Under the pieces are notes generated by a model that was not told the origin of the DNA, did no database searches, and saw only the letters and a program-made list of their open reading frames with translations. A stretch of DNA of 32,000 nt, from the NCBI GenBank assembly GCA_003056265.1, contig NBVN01000001.1:150001-182000 (forward strand). The letters run 5' to 3'. The stretch comes from Zestosphaera tikiterensis. Lineage in GTDB: Archaea; Thermoproteota; Thermoprotei_A; Sulfolobales; NBVN01. Made by a program: the position numbers and the translations under genes. This document shows positions 16,869 to 24,952 of this stretch, one piece after another. Position 1 is the first letter of the stretch. Each line of letters begins with the position of its first letter.

Positions 16869-18022
16869 TAGCTAGGTACCTCTCCCTCAAGTACTGAGAT
16901 ACTGGAGACGGGGGTTGTCTCGAATTGAGTTATGTTGATTACGTCACTTCTTTGAATGAATCCAAAGATTTCCGGATGTATTAACTTAGCCAGTATTTCA
17001 AGAGCTACGTTAACTCTAGGTCCAGGCCTGCTGAGCACGTCATCGGCTTCACCCGTTAATAGATATATCCTCCCGTTCTTGAAGGCTTTAGTACCTTTTA
17101 TAGGTGATCCAGCTATCTCCTCATACACGGCTTTAGGATCTAACCCCGTAGCCGTTATTACAATGATGTCCGGATCCTGCGTTACTATATATTCATAGCT
17201 TAGTTGAGGCCACCCAACGTATTGCTCAGCCACGTTAACCCCGCCGGCTGTCTTTATAACCCACCCTATGAATGTGTTGCCCCCTGAGCTGAATATACCC
17301 CAAGACGGCGGGCCTACTAGGTGCAGGACTTTAGGTTTGGAAGCATTTACTTCATTAAGTTTTTGAGTTATCGAGTTCAGCGTGTTTTGAACTTCAGCGA
17401 TTAACTTACTCGACCTATCCAGTACGTCGAAAACCACAGCTATTAACTGAATGTCGCTGAATATATCGTTAACGTCTTGAGCGGATGTGGATTTAACGTA
17501 TATGACGGTTATACCTAACTCGCTTAACTTATCCTTAAGTCTAATATGTGGTGGCGTGCCTGACGAAGCTATTACTAAATCCGGCTTTAAAGACGCTATT
17601 TTTTCTATGTCCGGATTCCAAAAACCGCCTACGGTCTTCACCTTACCTTCGTTAATCAACTCAACGACTTTCGGGGGATAGTTGCTGAAGTCATCAACGC
17701 CAACGACCCTATCGTCAAGCCCTAAAGCAAATAGTATTTCAGTTATGCTTGGAGCTAAGGATACAACCCTTTCAGGAGGTCTGTTAATTGTTATAGACCT
17801 ACCTAAAGAATCAACTACGGTAAGGGGGTATTTCCCAACCACTGTGGATGTAGCTGTGGTTACCTCACGTGAAGTAACTACGGTTGTGACGTATTTAGTG
17901 GTTGTAATGAGTGTGGTTGCTGGGTTGATTAAGTTAATTCCGTAGCCTATAGCTACACCTACTAAAAGAACCGCAACAACCAAAAATTTCGTGTTGGGTT
18001 TCACTTTGGACACCCTATCCAA
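16868..18022 (-). CDS. Substrate-binding protein, Peripla_BP_2 (BtuF/FepB-like), membrane-anchored with a Thr/Val-rich linker
   Basis: N-terminal TM anchor (FLVVAVLLVGVAIGYGI), T/V-rich linker (TTLITTTKYVTTVVTSREVTTATSTVV), then PERVVSLAPSITEILFALGLDDRVVGV, typical of BtuF-like binders. TTG start 18022 (GTG 18013 and 18004 are alternatives). Confidence 0.85.
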   Translation of the reverse strand: MDRVSKVKPNTKFLVVAVLLVGVAIGYGINLINPATTLITTTKYVTTVVTSREVTTATSTVVGKYPLTVVDSLGRSITINRPPERVVSLAPSITEILFALGLDDRVVGVDDFSNYPPKVVELINEGKVKTVGGFWNPDIEKIASLKPDLVIASSGTPPHIRLKDKLSELGITVIYVKSTSAQDVNDIFSDIQLIAVVFDVLDRSSKLIAEVQNTLNSITQKLNEVNASKPKVLHLVGPPSWGIFSSGGNTFIGWVIKTAGGVNVAEQYVGWPQLSYEYIVTQDPDIIVITATGLDPKAVYEEIAGSPIKGTKAFKNGRIYLLTGEADDVLSRPGPRVNVALEILAKLIHPEIFGFIQRSDVINITQFETTPVSSISVLEGEVPS

Positions 18023-18134
18023 TACGCGTAAGAGTTAATAAGCTTTACGTAGCATAAAGCGTTAAAAACTTACATGAAACGTTAGTAAGGCATGTCTTTA
18101 ATAGAGGTCTACAGAATTAATGTGGTTAAACCAA

Positions 18135-19115
18135 CTATTGAATAACGCATTTACGTTCTATCGTATCACGTAAAATCGAAGCAGCTTCTTCGGGCGTGTC
18201 ATCATATGTGAAGTTTCCAGCACCGCTTTCCACGCCTGCCGCATATTTTAACCTACCGCTGGTTCTATACATACCGTAAATCTCTATATGTAGGTGGTAG
18301 TAGCTGTAATGTCCCCGCATAGGTGCTTGATGTAGGACCATCGTGTACGGCATGGGGTTTTCAAAGATGTTTTTAACCCCACACAACACTTTCTTTAAGA
18401 CGTATGCTAAGTCTTCAGCCATAACTTCATTTACTTGGTTTAAAGTATTGATGTGTTTTAACGGGTATATATGAACTTCGAAAGGCCAGTGAGCGTAGTA
18501 AGGTATGAACGCAATCCAATGGCTGCTTTTTAAGATAATCCTTTCCTTATCGCTTACCTCGGCGTCTATTAAATCACAGAATAAACACCTCCCATATCTT
18601 TTGAAGTGATTTAAAGCGTTTGTAAGTTCCCTCCTTACTTTAGTAGGTATGAATGGAAGCACGTATATCTGGGAGTGCGGGTGTGTGAGTGAAACGCCGA
18701 CTTCCTTCCCTTTATTTCGGAAGTAGAGGAAGTAAACAGATCTCTTATCGCTTAACTCCTCAATATATTTATCTATAACGTATGTGATAACCTTACGTAT
18801 TTCTTCAACAGTTAAATCGCTGAGATCATCTAAATCGTGTTTCGGCGTCTCAACAACTATGTAGTTCTTACCGTATGAGGGGGCGTTCTTAAAGAATTTA
18901 TGGGGTCTTAACTTAGGGGGTTCCTCACTTAATATAGGGTATTTATTATTTAATATCAGTACGTCCCACCCGTGACCCGTCTCTGGAGTGCCGGGGCAGA
19001 AGGGGCAGAAACCTTCAGGGTGCCAAGGCCTTAACTCACGAACGTTAGAAACCATAACCCATTCCCCCAGTACAGGATCCCAACGTAGTTCCTGAACTAT
19101 ACGGTCGCTACTCAC
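18135..19115 (-). CDS. galT: Galactose-1-phosphate uridylyltransferase (HIT superfamily GalT)
   Basis: Zn-site CPFCPG and active-site HPHSQIY (H-x-H-x-Q). GTG start is preceded by GGTGA, which overlaps the galK stop. Confidence 0.85.
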   Translation of the reverse strand: MSSDRIVQELRWDPVLGEWVMVSNVRELRPWHPEGFCPFCPGTPETGHGWDVLILNNKYPILSEEPPKLRPHKFFKNAPSYGKNYIVVETPKHDLDDLSDLTVEEIRKVITYVIDKYIEELSDKRSVYFLYFRNKGKEVGVSLTHPHSQIYVLPFIPTKVRRELTNALNHFKRYGRCLFCDLIDAEVSDKERIILKSSHWIAFIPYYAHWPFEVHIYPLKHINTLNQVNEVMAEDLAYVLKKVLCGVKNIFENPMPYTMVLHQAPMRGHYSYYHLHIEIYGMYRTSGRLKYAAGVESGAGNFTYDDTPEEAASILRDTIERKCVIQ

Positions 19116-19121
19116 GTATAA

Positions 19122-20369
19122 TCACCACCGCATCACCTGCAGGCCTGAATCAACTGAGGTGATCCAGCCTCTAGACGCGCAACAACTTAAAACTTTATTT
19201 AACGCGTTAACAGCTACGTCTTTAGAGTTTGTTAAAGCTATTACTGAACCTCCTAACCCGGCACCGGAGAGCTTAGCTCCATAAACCCCACTTTCAAGTA
19301 AGGTATTAACGATCTTATCTATTTGAGGTAAGCTAACGTCATATAACTCACTAAGCAACCTATGTTGATATGTCATGACGGCACCTATGAGCCTTAAGCT
19401 AACGTCGTTACGTTCTAGCATGTCAATCACTTCGGAAGGTTTAAGCCTTAAGACCTTTGAAACTTCACTTACATCAACTTCCAAACCTTTAAGGATCTTA
19501 AGCGCTAGTAATGTGGATCTATGCATTCTTAACGTAAAGACTATCCTCTTAGACGCTATGTAATCTACTTTAGTGAGGTAAGGCATTAACTCCTCCTCAG
19601 ACAACTCGTCCCAGCGAGGCTCCCAATACTTTAAACCTAATTTACTCTTAAGCGATTCAGGTAGGTTTAACTTCAGAAGCTCTTCCAACCCTCTATTCAA
19701 TTCTAGCTGTCTCTTAGGGTGTATATCCGCCGTGGAATGTTTTATGCCGGAATCAACAACTATGAAAACACCCTTACTGAAGTTCAGCCTCTCAACGTCG
19801 TACGGAGGTTTAGTATTTATTGAGAGTATGCCTCCGTAAGCTGATGCGTATTGATCCAACCTACCGCAAGGTATGTTCATAATCTTGTTTTCAGCTTCGA
19901 AAGCTATTTCAGCCACTTCCTTAACGTTAAGACCTAAGCTAAGTAGCTCGTTTAAAGCGCCTACAACACCAACCTCTAAAGCAGCACTGCTTCCTAAGCC
20001 AGCGGCTATAGGGACGTCGCTATCTATGTAGATTTCGCAAGGCTTAATGAGGCATCCCCGCCTCATTAAAGCAAGGATTGAAGCCCTAACGTAATCCCCA
20101 AACCATCCACTCCCAACTAACTTAAGGTTCCTTAAGTCAAAACTGTCTGAAAGCCTCAGCGAGTTCGTATAAACCTTAAACCTACCGTCATGGCTATCCC
20201 CTACAGCAACGAAGGTGCGTAAGTTAATAGCTACCGAAACGACGGGTAAGCCCTTATAGTCTTGATGTGTGTTGAGGAAGTCTAACCTGCCTGGAGCAGA
20301 AGCTATTAAACATGGCTCTTTATTAAAAACTTCTTTAAACCCAGAGGCTAAGGAATTAACGTCAACCAC
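19122..20369 (-). CDS. galK: Galactokinase (GHMP kinase)
   Basis: Galactokinase signature APGRLDFLNTHQDYKG (GR.N.IGEH.DY-like), GHMP motif PIAAGLGSSAALEV and the C-terminal GAKLSGAGLGGSVIAL. GTG start with a TATA-like AAACTATAGTTA about 20 nt upstream. Confidence 0.85.
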   Translation of the reverse strand: MVDVNSLASGFKEVFNKEPCLIASAPGRLDFLNTHQDYKGLPVVSVAINLRTFVAVGDSHDGRFKVYTNSLRLSDSFDLRNLKLVGSGWFGDYVRASILALMRRGCLIKPCEIYIDSDVPIAAGLGSSAALEVGVVGALNELLSLGLNVKEVAEIAFEAENKIMNIPCGRLDQYASAYGGILSINTKPPYDVERLNFSKGVFIVVDSGIKHSTADIHPKRQLELNRGLEELLKLNLPESLKSKLGLKYWEPRWDELSEEELMPYLTKVDYIASKRIVFTLRMHRSTLLALKILKGLEVDVSEVSKVLRLKPSEVIDMLERNDVSLRLIGAVMTYQHRLLSELYDVSLPQIDKIVNTLLESGVYGAKLSGAGLGGSVIALTNSKDVAVNALNKVLSCCASRGWITSVDSGLQVMRW

Positions 20370-20460
20370 TTCAAAGCCCTAACTATAGTTTCATGAAGTT
20401 AGTTATAACGACTATTATAGCAACCCTCAAAACCCAACAGCTTAAATGAGCGGGAATTAA

Positions 20461-20754
20461 CTACGTACTTTTAATGAGTTTCGCTATCCGCACTACTAAA
20501 TCGTCTAGAAACCTCACAAACTCGCTTTCATCATACATAACTAAGTGTTTATTCTTATCTATTAACTCCTTAACCTCAATCAACTCTTTAACGGCCTTAC
20601 CCTCCCTAGACATGATATCTATTAATTTGGAAGCGGCGTCAATCAACCTCAGAGGGCCGTATAGATGCGGTTCGTCAACACATCCTCTAGCGCTAACAAT
20701 TAAAAACGTTAGTAACTTAAAGTGCTCATCCTTCATAAGGTCTTCCATACTCAT
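20461..20754 (-). CDS. Small conserved hypothetical protein (97 aa)
   Basis: Soluble helical-looking ORF (..LTFLIVSARGCVDEPHLYGPLRLIDAASKLIDIM..). It overlaps the 3' end of the nitroreductase gene, consistent with translational coupling. An antisense ORF of equal length (20474..20758) is compositionally poorer (S/L/I-rich). I recognise no family with confidence. Confidence 0.45.
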   Translation of the reverse strand: MSMEDLMKDEHFKLLTFLIVSARGCVDEPHLYGPLRLIDAASKLIDIMSREGKAVKELIEVKELIDKNKHLVMYDESEFVRFLDDLVVRIAKLIKST

Positions 20755-21262
20755 TTAAATGCACCACCTCCTTAAGAGGTCTTCTTTTAGGTGGGTCGGG
20801 CCACTTACTTGGGTAGCCTAAACTTATTATTAGAACAGGCTCGACATGCTCAGGGATTTTCAGGAGTTCCTTAACTGCTAACTTATTAAAGGAAGCTATA
20901 GGGCATGAACCCACGCCTAAGGAATACGCTTCCAACATAATGTTTTGAGCTGCCATACTGGCGTCCATTAAAGCTATTAAACGTCCTTGACTTCCCCCTC
21001 TTTCATATTTAGCTCTATTAACGCATATTACAATCAAAGCCTTAGGGTTACCGAATAAACCAGGAGATACAAGCTTAACCTTCTCTATCATTTTAACGTC
21101 GTCAACCACGATAAACTCCCAAGGCTGTATGTTACTCCCACTAGGCGCCCAAACCCCAGCTTCAACGATCTTGGTTAGATGTTCGCGAGGTATTTCCTTA
21201 TCTATGAATTCACGTATGGATCTCCTACCCTTAATTACGTGAAGAATGTCTTCAAATCCCAT
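20726..21262 (-). CDS. Nitroreductase-family FMN oxidoreductase
   Basis: KGRRSIREF and APSGSNIQPWEFIVV are canonical nitroreductase N-terminal motifs. ATG 21262 is preceded by AGAGG; the ORF-track TTG start is 21268. Confidence 0.8.
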   Translation of the reverse strand: MGFEDILHVIKGRRSIREFIDKEIPREHLTKIVEAGVWAPSGSNIQPWEFIVVDDVKMIEKVKLVSPGLFGNPKALIVICVNRAKYERGGSQGRLIALMDASMAAQNIMLEAYSLGVGSCPIASFNKLAVKELLKIPEHVEPVLIISLGYPSKWPDPPKRRPLKEVVHLNEYGRPYEG

Positions 21263-21281
21263 TATCAACGCCTCTAAAACG

Positions 21282-21959
21282 TCAAGAGAGTAACTCGCTT
21301 AAAACCCTAGCTATGATGGACCTAGTATTTAATACCATACTGTTAGGTCCTAAACCTTCCTTAAGCGCCTCCTTCTGCTTTAAAGTATAGCCTATACAGT
21401 CCATAACGACGAATTTAACGCCTTTGCTAGATAGCTCTCTCCCCACTTTAACGAAGTCTTCAAGACTTGACCTATATGGCGAGATAGCCCTAACCTCAAC
21501 CTCCGGATGTATTTTCAACCACCTCTTCCTCATATACGGGATCTGCTCCTCCCCCGGTATTAAAACACCTAAAACACCCTTAACGTGAAGTGTAGACACC
21601 ACACCCTTAAGTAACTTATCCGGGTAAATCACAGGCACTTCAACGTCATACTCGGGGAACTCACCAGAGCATATTATAACTATGAGATCCACACCCTCCT
21701 TAACGAGTTCATCCAACTTAACCTTAACAAGCTTCACGACTTTGTTTTTTGATATTTTTACTTCTTTTCCGTTTTTTAGCTTTGTTATGTATGTTGTTTC
21801 GTTTTTTCTTGGTTTTAGTTTTTTATTTATTTCTTCTTCTGTGTAGTTGTCTAAAGCTCCTTTCTCTATAATTTCAATATCTTTAGGTAGTAAATGTTTA
21901 ATATCGTTAAAAACATCAACCCTAGGAGACTGACCAATAGTAACAAAACCAACCCTCAA
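21282..21959 (-). CDS. AroM-family protein
   Basis: N-terminal VGFVTIGQSPRVD, VVMDCIGYTLKQKEALKEGLG and the C-terminal NTRSIIARVLSELLS parallel E. coli AroM ([42 protein letters not shown]). Confidence 0.7.
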   Translation of the reverse strand: MRVGFVTIGQSPRVDVFNDIKHLLPKDIEIIEKGALDNYTEEEINKKLKPRKNETTYITKLKNGKEVKISKNKVVKLVKVKLDELVKEGVDLIVIICSGEFPEYDVEVPVIYPDKLLKGVVSTLHVKGVLGVLIPGEEQIPYMRKRWLKIHPEVEVRAISPYRSSLEDFVKVGRELSSKGVKFVVMDCIGYTLKQKEALKEGLGPNSMVLNTRSIIARVLSELLS

Positions 21960-22065
21960 AACTTACTGCCTCCATAATTTAACCGTTAACGAGCATTTAA
22001 AGCTGTATGTATTCTGACAGGTTCTGTATTTAAGTGGCGCAGTAGATTAATAAAAGGTGTTTAAA

Positions 22066-22752
22066 ATGAAGGAATATTTTAAAGTAGGTGTTATTAGAGT
22101 GATATTCATTGAAGATTATGAGAAGTTGAGCCTTCACGGGAGAATTATAGAGAGGGCCTTTCCTCAGGTAAAAACCGTTAACAAATGCATAAAGGATCAA
22201 CCACAAGGTATATATGATGAAGTAACGGAGAAGGAGGCTATCCCTAAGATCTTAAGCTTGGCTGAGGAGATGGTTAAAGTAGATGAGGTAGACGGTATTT
22301 TAATAAGTTGCGCTGGAGATCCTGGATTGGAGGAAGTAAGGAGGAGGGTTAACGTTCCTGTTGTGGGGGCTGGTTCGGCTACAGCCTCAATAGCTTTAAC
22401 GATTAGTGATAGGGTTGGTGTTTTAGGCATAACTGACAAAGCGCCTAAGCCATACTTAAGGATTTTAGGCTCGCATATGGTTGGGTATGCTAGACCGTAC
22501 GGCGTTAAAACAACTTTGGATATAAGTAAGGATTTAAACGCTGTGATCTCTGCTGCTGAATATCTGAAGAATTTAGGTGCTGGGGTAATAGCTTTAGCCT
22601 GTACGGGATACTCAACTTTAGGGTTGGCACCAGTGATTCAAGAACGGGTGGGGATACCTGTAGTTGACCCGTTATTAGCGTCGGCTAGCGTTATGTATTT
22701 CGAACTTATTAGAACGCACACGTTTAAGGATATATTGGGTGGGTCTTTATGA
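22066..22752 (+). CDS. Asp/Glu/hydantoin racemase family protein
   Basis: Two catalytic-cysteine blocks are present: ILISCAGDPGLEEVRR and VIALACTGYSTLG (compare hydantoin racemase CFGDPGL / LGCAGM). I prefer ATG 22066; the ORF-track GTG start is 22057. Confidence 0.75.
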   Translation: MKEYFKVGVIRVIFIEDYEKLSLHGRIIERAFPQVKTVNKCIKDQPQGIYDEVTEKEAIPKILSLAEEMVKVDEVDGILISCAGDPGLEEVRRRVNVPVVGAGSATASIALTISDRVGVLGITDKAPKPYLRILGSHMVGYARPYGVKTTLDISKDLNAVISAAEYLKNLGAGVIALACTGYSTLGLAPVIQERVGIPVVDPLLASASVMYFELIRTHTFKDILGGSL

Positions 22753-23852
22753 TACGTTTCAAAGAGAAGGAGGAAGTCCTTCCGTTAATTTACGGAAGTG
22801 CTTTCTACGGCGGTGGTGGAGGAGGTGCGATAAGCGACGGCATCGAGATAGTTGATATGGCGTTAAAGTTTAAGGGGGAGTTTACAGTCTTAGAGCCTAA
22901 CGAAGTAGATGATGAGTCTATAGTCGTGACTGTTTCAGCTGTGGGTGCTCCAGCAGCTAAGGAAAAATATTTAAAGCCCTCTCAAGTAGTTAGGGCTGTT
23001 GAGCTCCTCCTCGAGGCCGGGATTGAGGTGGAGGGTTTAATACCTCCGGAAGTGGGTGCTTTAAACTCCGTGTTTAGTTGGGTGGCGTCGTCTGTGTTGG
23101 ATATTCCAGTTGTGGATATGCCATGTGATGGTAGGGCGCACCCCACAGGAGTTATGGGTTCTATGGGCTTACATAGGAATCCATCGTATATGTCTATCCA
23201 GGCAGTTGCTGGAGGCAATCCAGCGAAGAACAAATACGTTGAAGCCTTAATCACATCCTCGCTTGAGATATCGAGCAGGTTAGTAAGGAGAATTTCCGAA
23301 GAGGCTGGTGGGTTGGTAGCCGTAGCTAGAAACCCGATAACGGCGGGTTTCGTGAAGAGCCATGGAGCTCCAAACGCTTTAAAGAAAGCTATCGAGGTCG
23401 GGGAAGTCATCGTTAAGTACTTCAGGGAAAACCCTGTTGAAGCAGGGTATAAAGCTATTGAGAAAGCTGAAGGGGAAGTCGTAGGGAGGTGCTTACTTAA
23501 GAACGTAGCCTTAGAGACTAGAGGAGGTTTTGACTTAGGGAAGGCTGAACTCACCTGCGACAGTAGCGAAACCCTAATAACGTTCTTCAACGAATATATG
23601 ACGTTAGACATTCAGAACAACAGAGTAGCTACGTTTCCCGACTTAATCGTTACTACAGACCTTAATACAGGCATACCAATAACTTCAGCGGACCTTCCCC
23701 ACTATATAGGTAGGGAGGTTCTCCTCGGTTACGTAGATAGAAGAAAGATAATCTTAGGCGACGGGCTTAAATACGAAGAAGTATATAGGGATTTAGAGAA
23801 GAACTTAAACATACGAATAGTTGACTACATTAGGGATATACTGCAAGGCTAA
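22749..23852 (+). CDS. DUF917-family protein (family later linked to thiohydantoin desulfurase-type chemistry)
   Basis: N-terminal glycine-rich GSAFYGGGGGGAISDG and a size of 367 aa are typical of DUF917. ATGA overlap with the racemase gene. Confidence 0.65.
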   Translation: MIRFKEKEEVLPLIYGSAFYGGGGGGAISDGIEIVDMALKFKGEFTVLEPNEVDDESIVVTVSAVGAPAAKEKYLKPSQVVRAVELLLEAGIEVEGLIPPEVGALNSVFSWVASSVLDIPVVDMPCDGRAHPTGVMGSMGLHRNPSYMSIQAVAGGNPAKNKYVEALITSSLEISSRLVRRISEEAGGLVAVARNPITAGFVKSHGAPNALKKAIEVGEVIVKYFRENPVEAGYKAIEKAEGEVVGRCLLKNVALETRGGFDLGKAELTCDSSETLITFFNEYMTLDIQNNRVATFPDLIVTTDLNTGIPITSADLPHYIGREVLLGYVDRRKIILGDGLKYEEVYRDLEKNLNIRIVDYIRDILQG

Positions 23853-23924
23853 GGCCATGCTTCACTTAAGTGTTCTAAAGGATAACTTGCATTCTTTATT
23901 AACCGTTAAAACGTTTGCTTAACG

Positions 23925-24884
23925 GTGGTCAAAACGTCTGCTTTAAAACATGTTCTTGAAATCGTAGACTTACTTGATGATCCTAACGTAAGCGGCGGTA
24001 AAGTTATGGAGTTCTTCAGAGGTAAAGGATTGCTTGATTTCATGAGTATGAACGTTGAAGTAGTTAAAGGCGGTAAAGGTTCGACAGACTTCATAACTAT
24101 AAAAATCCCTGGTAAGGAAGGTAAGACGGTCGGTGGTTCAGCCCCTACTTTAGGGGTTGTGGGTAGGCTTGGCGGTGTTGGCGCTAGACCCGGTTTTATA
24201 GGGTTGGTTTCGGATGCTGATGGAGCTATAGTAGCTTTAGCTACTGCCTATAAATTAAGTGAGATGAAGAGGAGGGGTGATGCCCTACCCGGGGATGTGA
24301 TAATAACTACCCACGTATGTCCAAACGCACCTACAAGACCGCATAAGCCAGCACCTATGATGGACAGTCCTGTCGATATATTAACCCTACTTAAGAAGGA
24401 AGCACATCCGGAGATGGACGCTATCTTATCCGTAGACGCTACTAAAGCTAATTGGGTAATTAAGCATACAGGGATAGCTATAACCCCAACAATTAAGGAG
24501 GGCTGGATTTTAAAAGTAAGTCAAGACTTGATAGACATACTCGTTAGAGTTACTGGTGAGCCACCCGCTATAGTACCTATAACTATGCAGGACATCCTAC
24601 CATATACGACGCCGGTATACCACATCAACAGCATAGTACAGCCGTGGATCTACACCACAGCGCCCGTAGTTGGTGTAGCTATAACTACCAGGATGGTTGT
24701 CCCAGGATCTGCTACAGGACCTACGAATATCTGGGCTTTAGAGCAAGCCACGAGATTTGTGACTGAAGTGGCTAAGGACTACACGTTAGGTAGGGCTAAA
24801 TTCTATGATGAGGAAGAATGGAGGAAGATACTGGAACTTCACGGTGAAGTAAAGAACATAATGAGGAAGGGGGTTCCAGAGTAA
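23925..24884 (+). CDS. DUF1177-family protein
   Basis: About 319 aa, soluble. The family call rests on my recollection of DUF1177 (about 300-aa archaeal/bacterial proteins) and its neighbourhood with AroM/OPT genes. GTG start. A T-run (GCTTTTT) follows the stop. Confidence 0.5.
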   Translation: MVKTSALKHVLEIVDLLDDPNVSGGKVMEFFRGKGLLDFMSMNVEVVKGGKGSTDFITIKIPGKEGKTVGGSAPTLGVVGRLGGVGARPGFIGLVSDADGAIVALATAYKLSEMKRRGDALPGDVIITTHVCPNAPTRPHKPAPMMDSPVDILTLLKKEAHPEMDAILSVDATKANWVIKHTGIAITPTIKEGWILKVSQDLIDILVRVTGEPPAIVPITMQDILPYTTPVYHINSIVQPWIYTTAPVVGVAITTRMVVPGSATGPTNIWALEQATRFVTEVAKDYTLGRAKFYDEEEWRKILELHGEVKNIMRKGVPE

Positions 24885-24952
24885 GCTTTTTAATCTTCTA
24901 TAATTAAAGAATAGGATAACTTTATTTATTAAGAGAAAGGCCTTTTCCGGTT

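Noticed and set aside
18023-18134. Possible cobalamin riboswitch or structured leader upstream of the BtuF-like binder gene
   Set aside because: The region is AT-rich and short. It shows no B12-box-like conserved core or extended pairing. It is better explained by a TATA-like element (AAGCTTATTAA) about 25-30 nt from the GTG/TTG starts.
20726-21262. Nitroreductase-family protein as BluB (5,6-dimethylbenzimidazole synthase) supplying the lower ligand for CobT
   Set aside because: It is only 178-180 aa and lies 8 kb from the cobamide module. It is co-oriented with AroM rather than cob genes, and I cannot see BluB-specific features by eye. BluB also needs O2. A generic FMN nitroreductase is the safer call.
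21978-21990. Recurring TTTAACCGTTA(A) near-palindrome seen at about 3378-3388, 21978-21990 and 23898-23909, considered as a shared operator for the AroM/racemase/DUF1177 cluster
   Set aside because: TTA, ACG and GTT are favoured codons here. As a result TTAACGGTT/AACCGTTAA strings also occur inside coding regions (for example 3343-3351 and 6601-6606). The recurrence is likely compositional. It would need a genome-wide enrichment test before being believed.
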